DNA of 64,000 bases from Chiloscyllium plagiosum (taxonomy: Eukaryota). The position numbers and the translations under genes are program-made. The notes under the pieces are model-generated. The model was not told the origin of the DNA. It did not search any database and saw nothing but the letters and a program-made list of their open reading frames with translations. The stretch is from positions 10,286,589 through 10,350,588 of the forward strand of contig NC_057751.1 of NCBI RefSeq assembly GCF_004010195.1, written 5' to 3'. The number at the start of each line of letters is the position of its first letter. The stretch's first letter is position 1. Positions 63,921 to 64,000 of this stretch are shown here, one piece after another.

Positions 63921-64000
63921 CTAGATTGGATTACTTACAGTGTGGAAACAGGCCCTTTGGCCCAACAAGTCCACACCAACCCTCCGAAGAGCAACCCACC
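63921..64000 (-). mobile_element. HE1-type SINE 3' end (cut by the window edge)
   Basis: gattacttacagtgtggaaacaggccctttggcccaacaagtccacacc. Confidence 0.85.

Overview
Eukaryotic (vertebrate) genomic DNA. The repeat content points to a cartilaginous fish: HE1-type SINEs, CR1 LINEs with an SGNH-esterase ORF1, and abundant Penelope-like fragments. The organism call is an inference. Bases 753-29203 (+) hold the last 11 coding exons of an M17 leucyl-aminopeptidase-family gene of the 'putative aminopeptidase W07G4.4-like' type. I spliced these by hand into one uninterrupted frame of 1155 nt (384 aa plus stop), with the VGKG/YDTGG/RDK/NTDAEGR catalytic motifs intact; the 5' exons lie upstream of the window. 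The rest is mostly decayed retroelements: CR1, L1, Rex1/Babar, RTE, Gypsy LTRs, Penelope-like elements (PLEs) and SINEs, often nested. There is a 504-nt assembly gap at 20511-21014. The most notable non-coding signal is a set of minimal hammerhead ribozyme cores from three different PLE families. Several sit in tiny, often palindromic insertions flanked by target-site duplications, and one related PLE fragment is flanked by a perfect 75-bp duplication. A CpG-rich, ISRE-like island in an intron of the peptidase gene is also worth a look. All identifications are by eye, without database searches.
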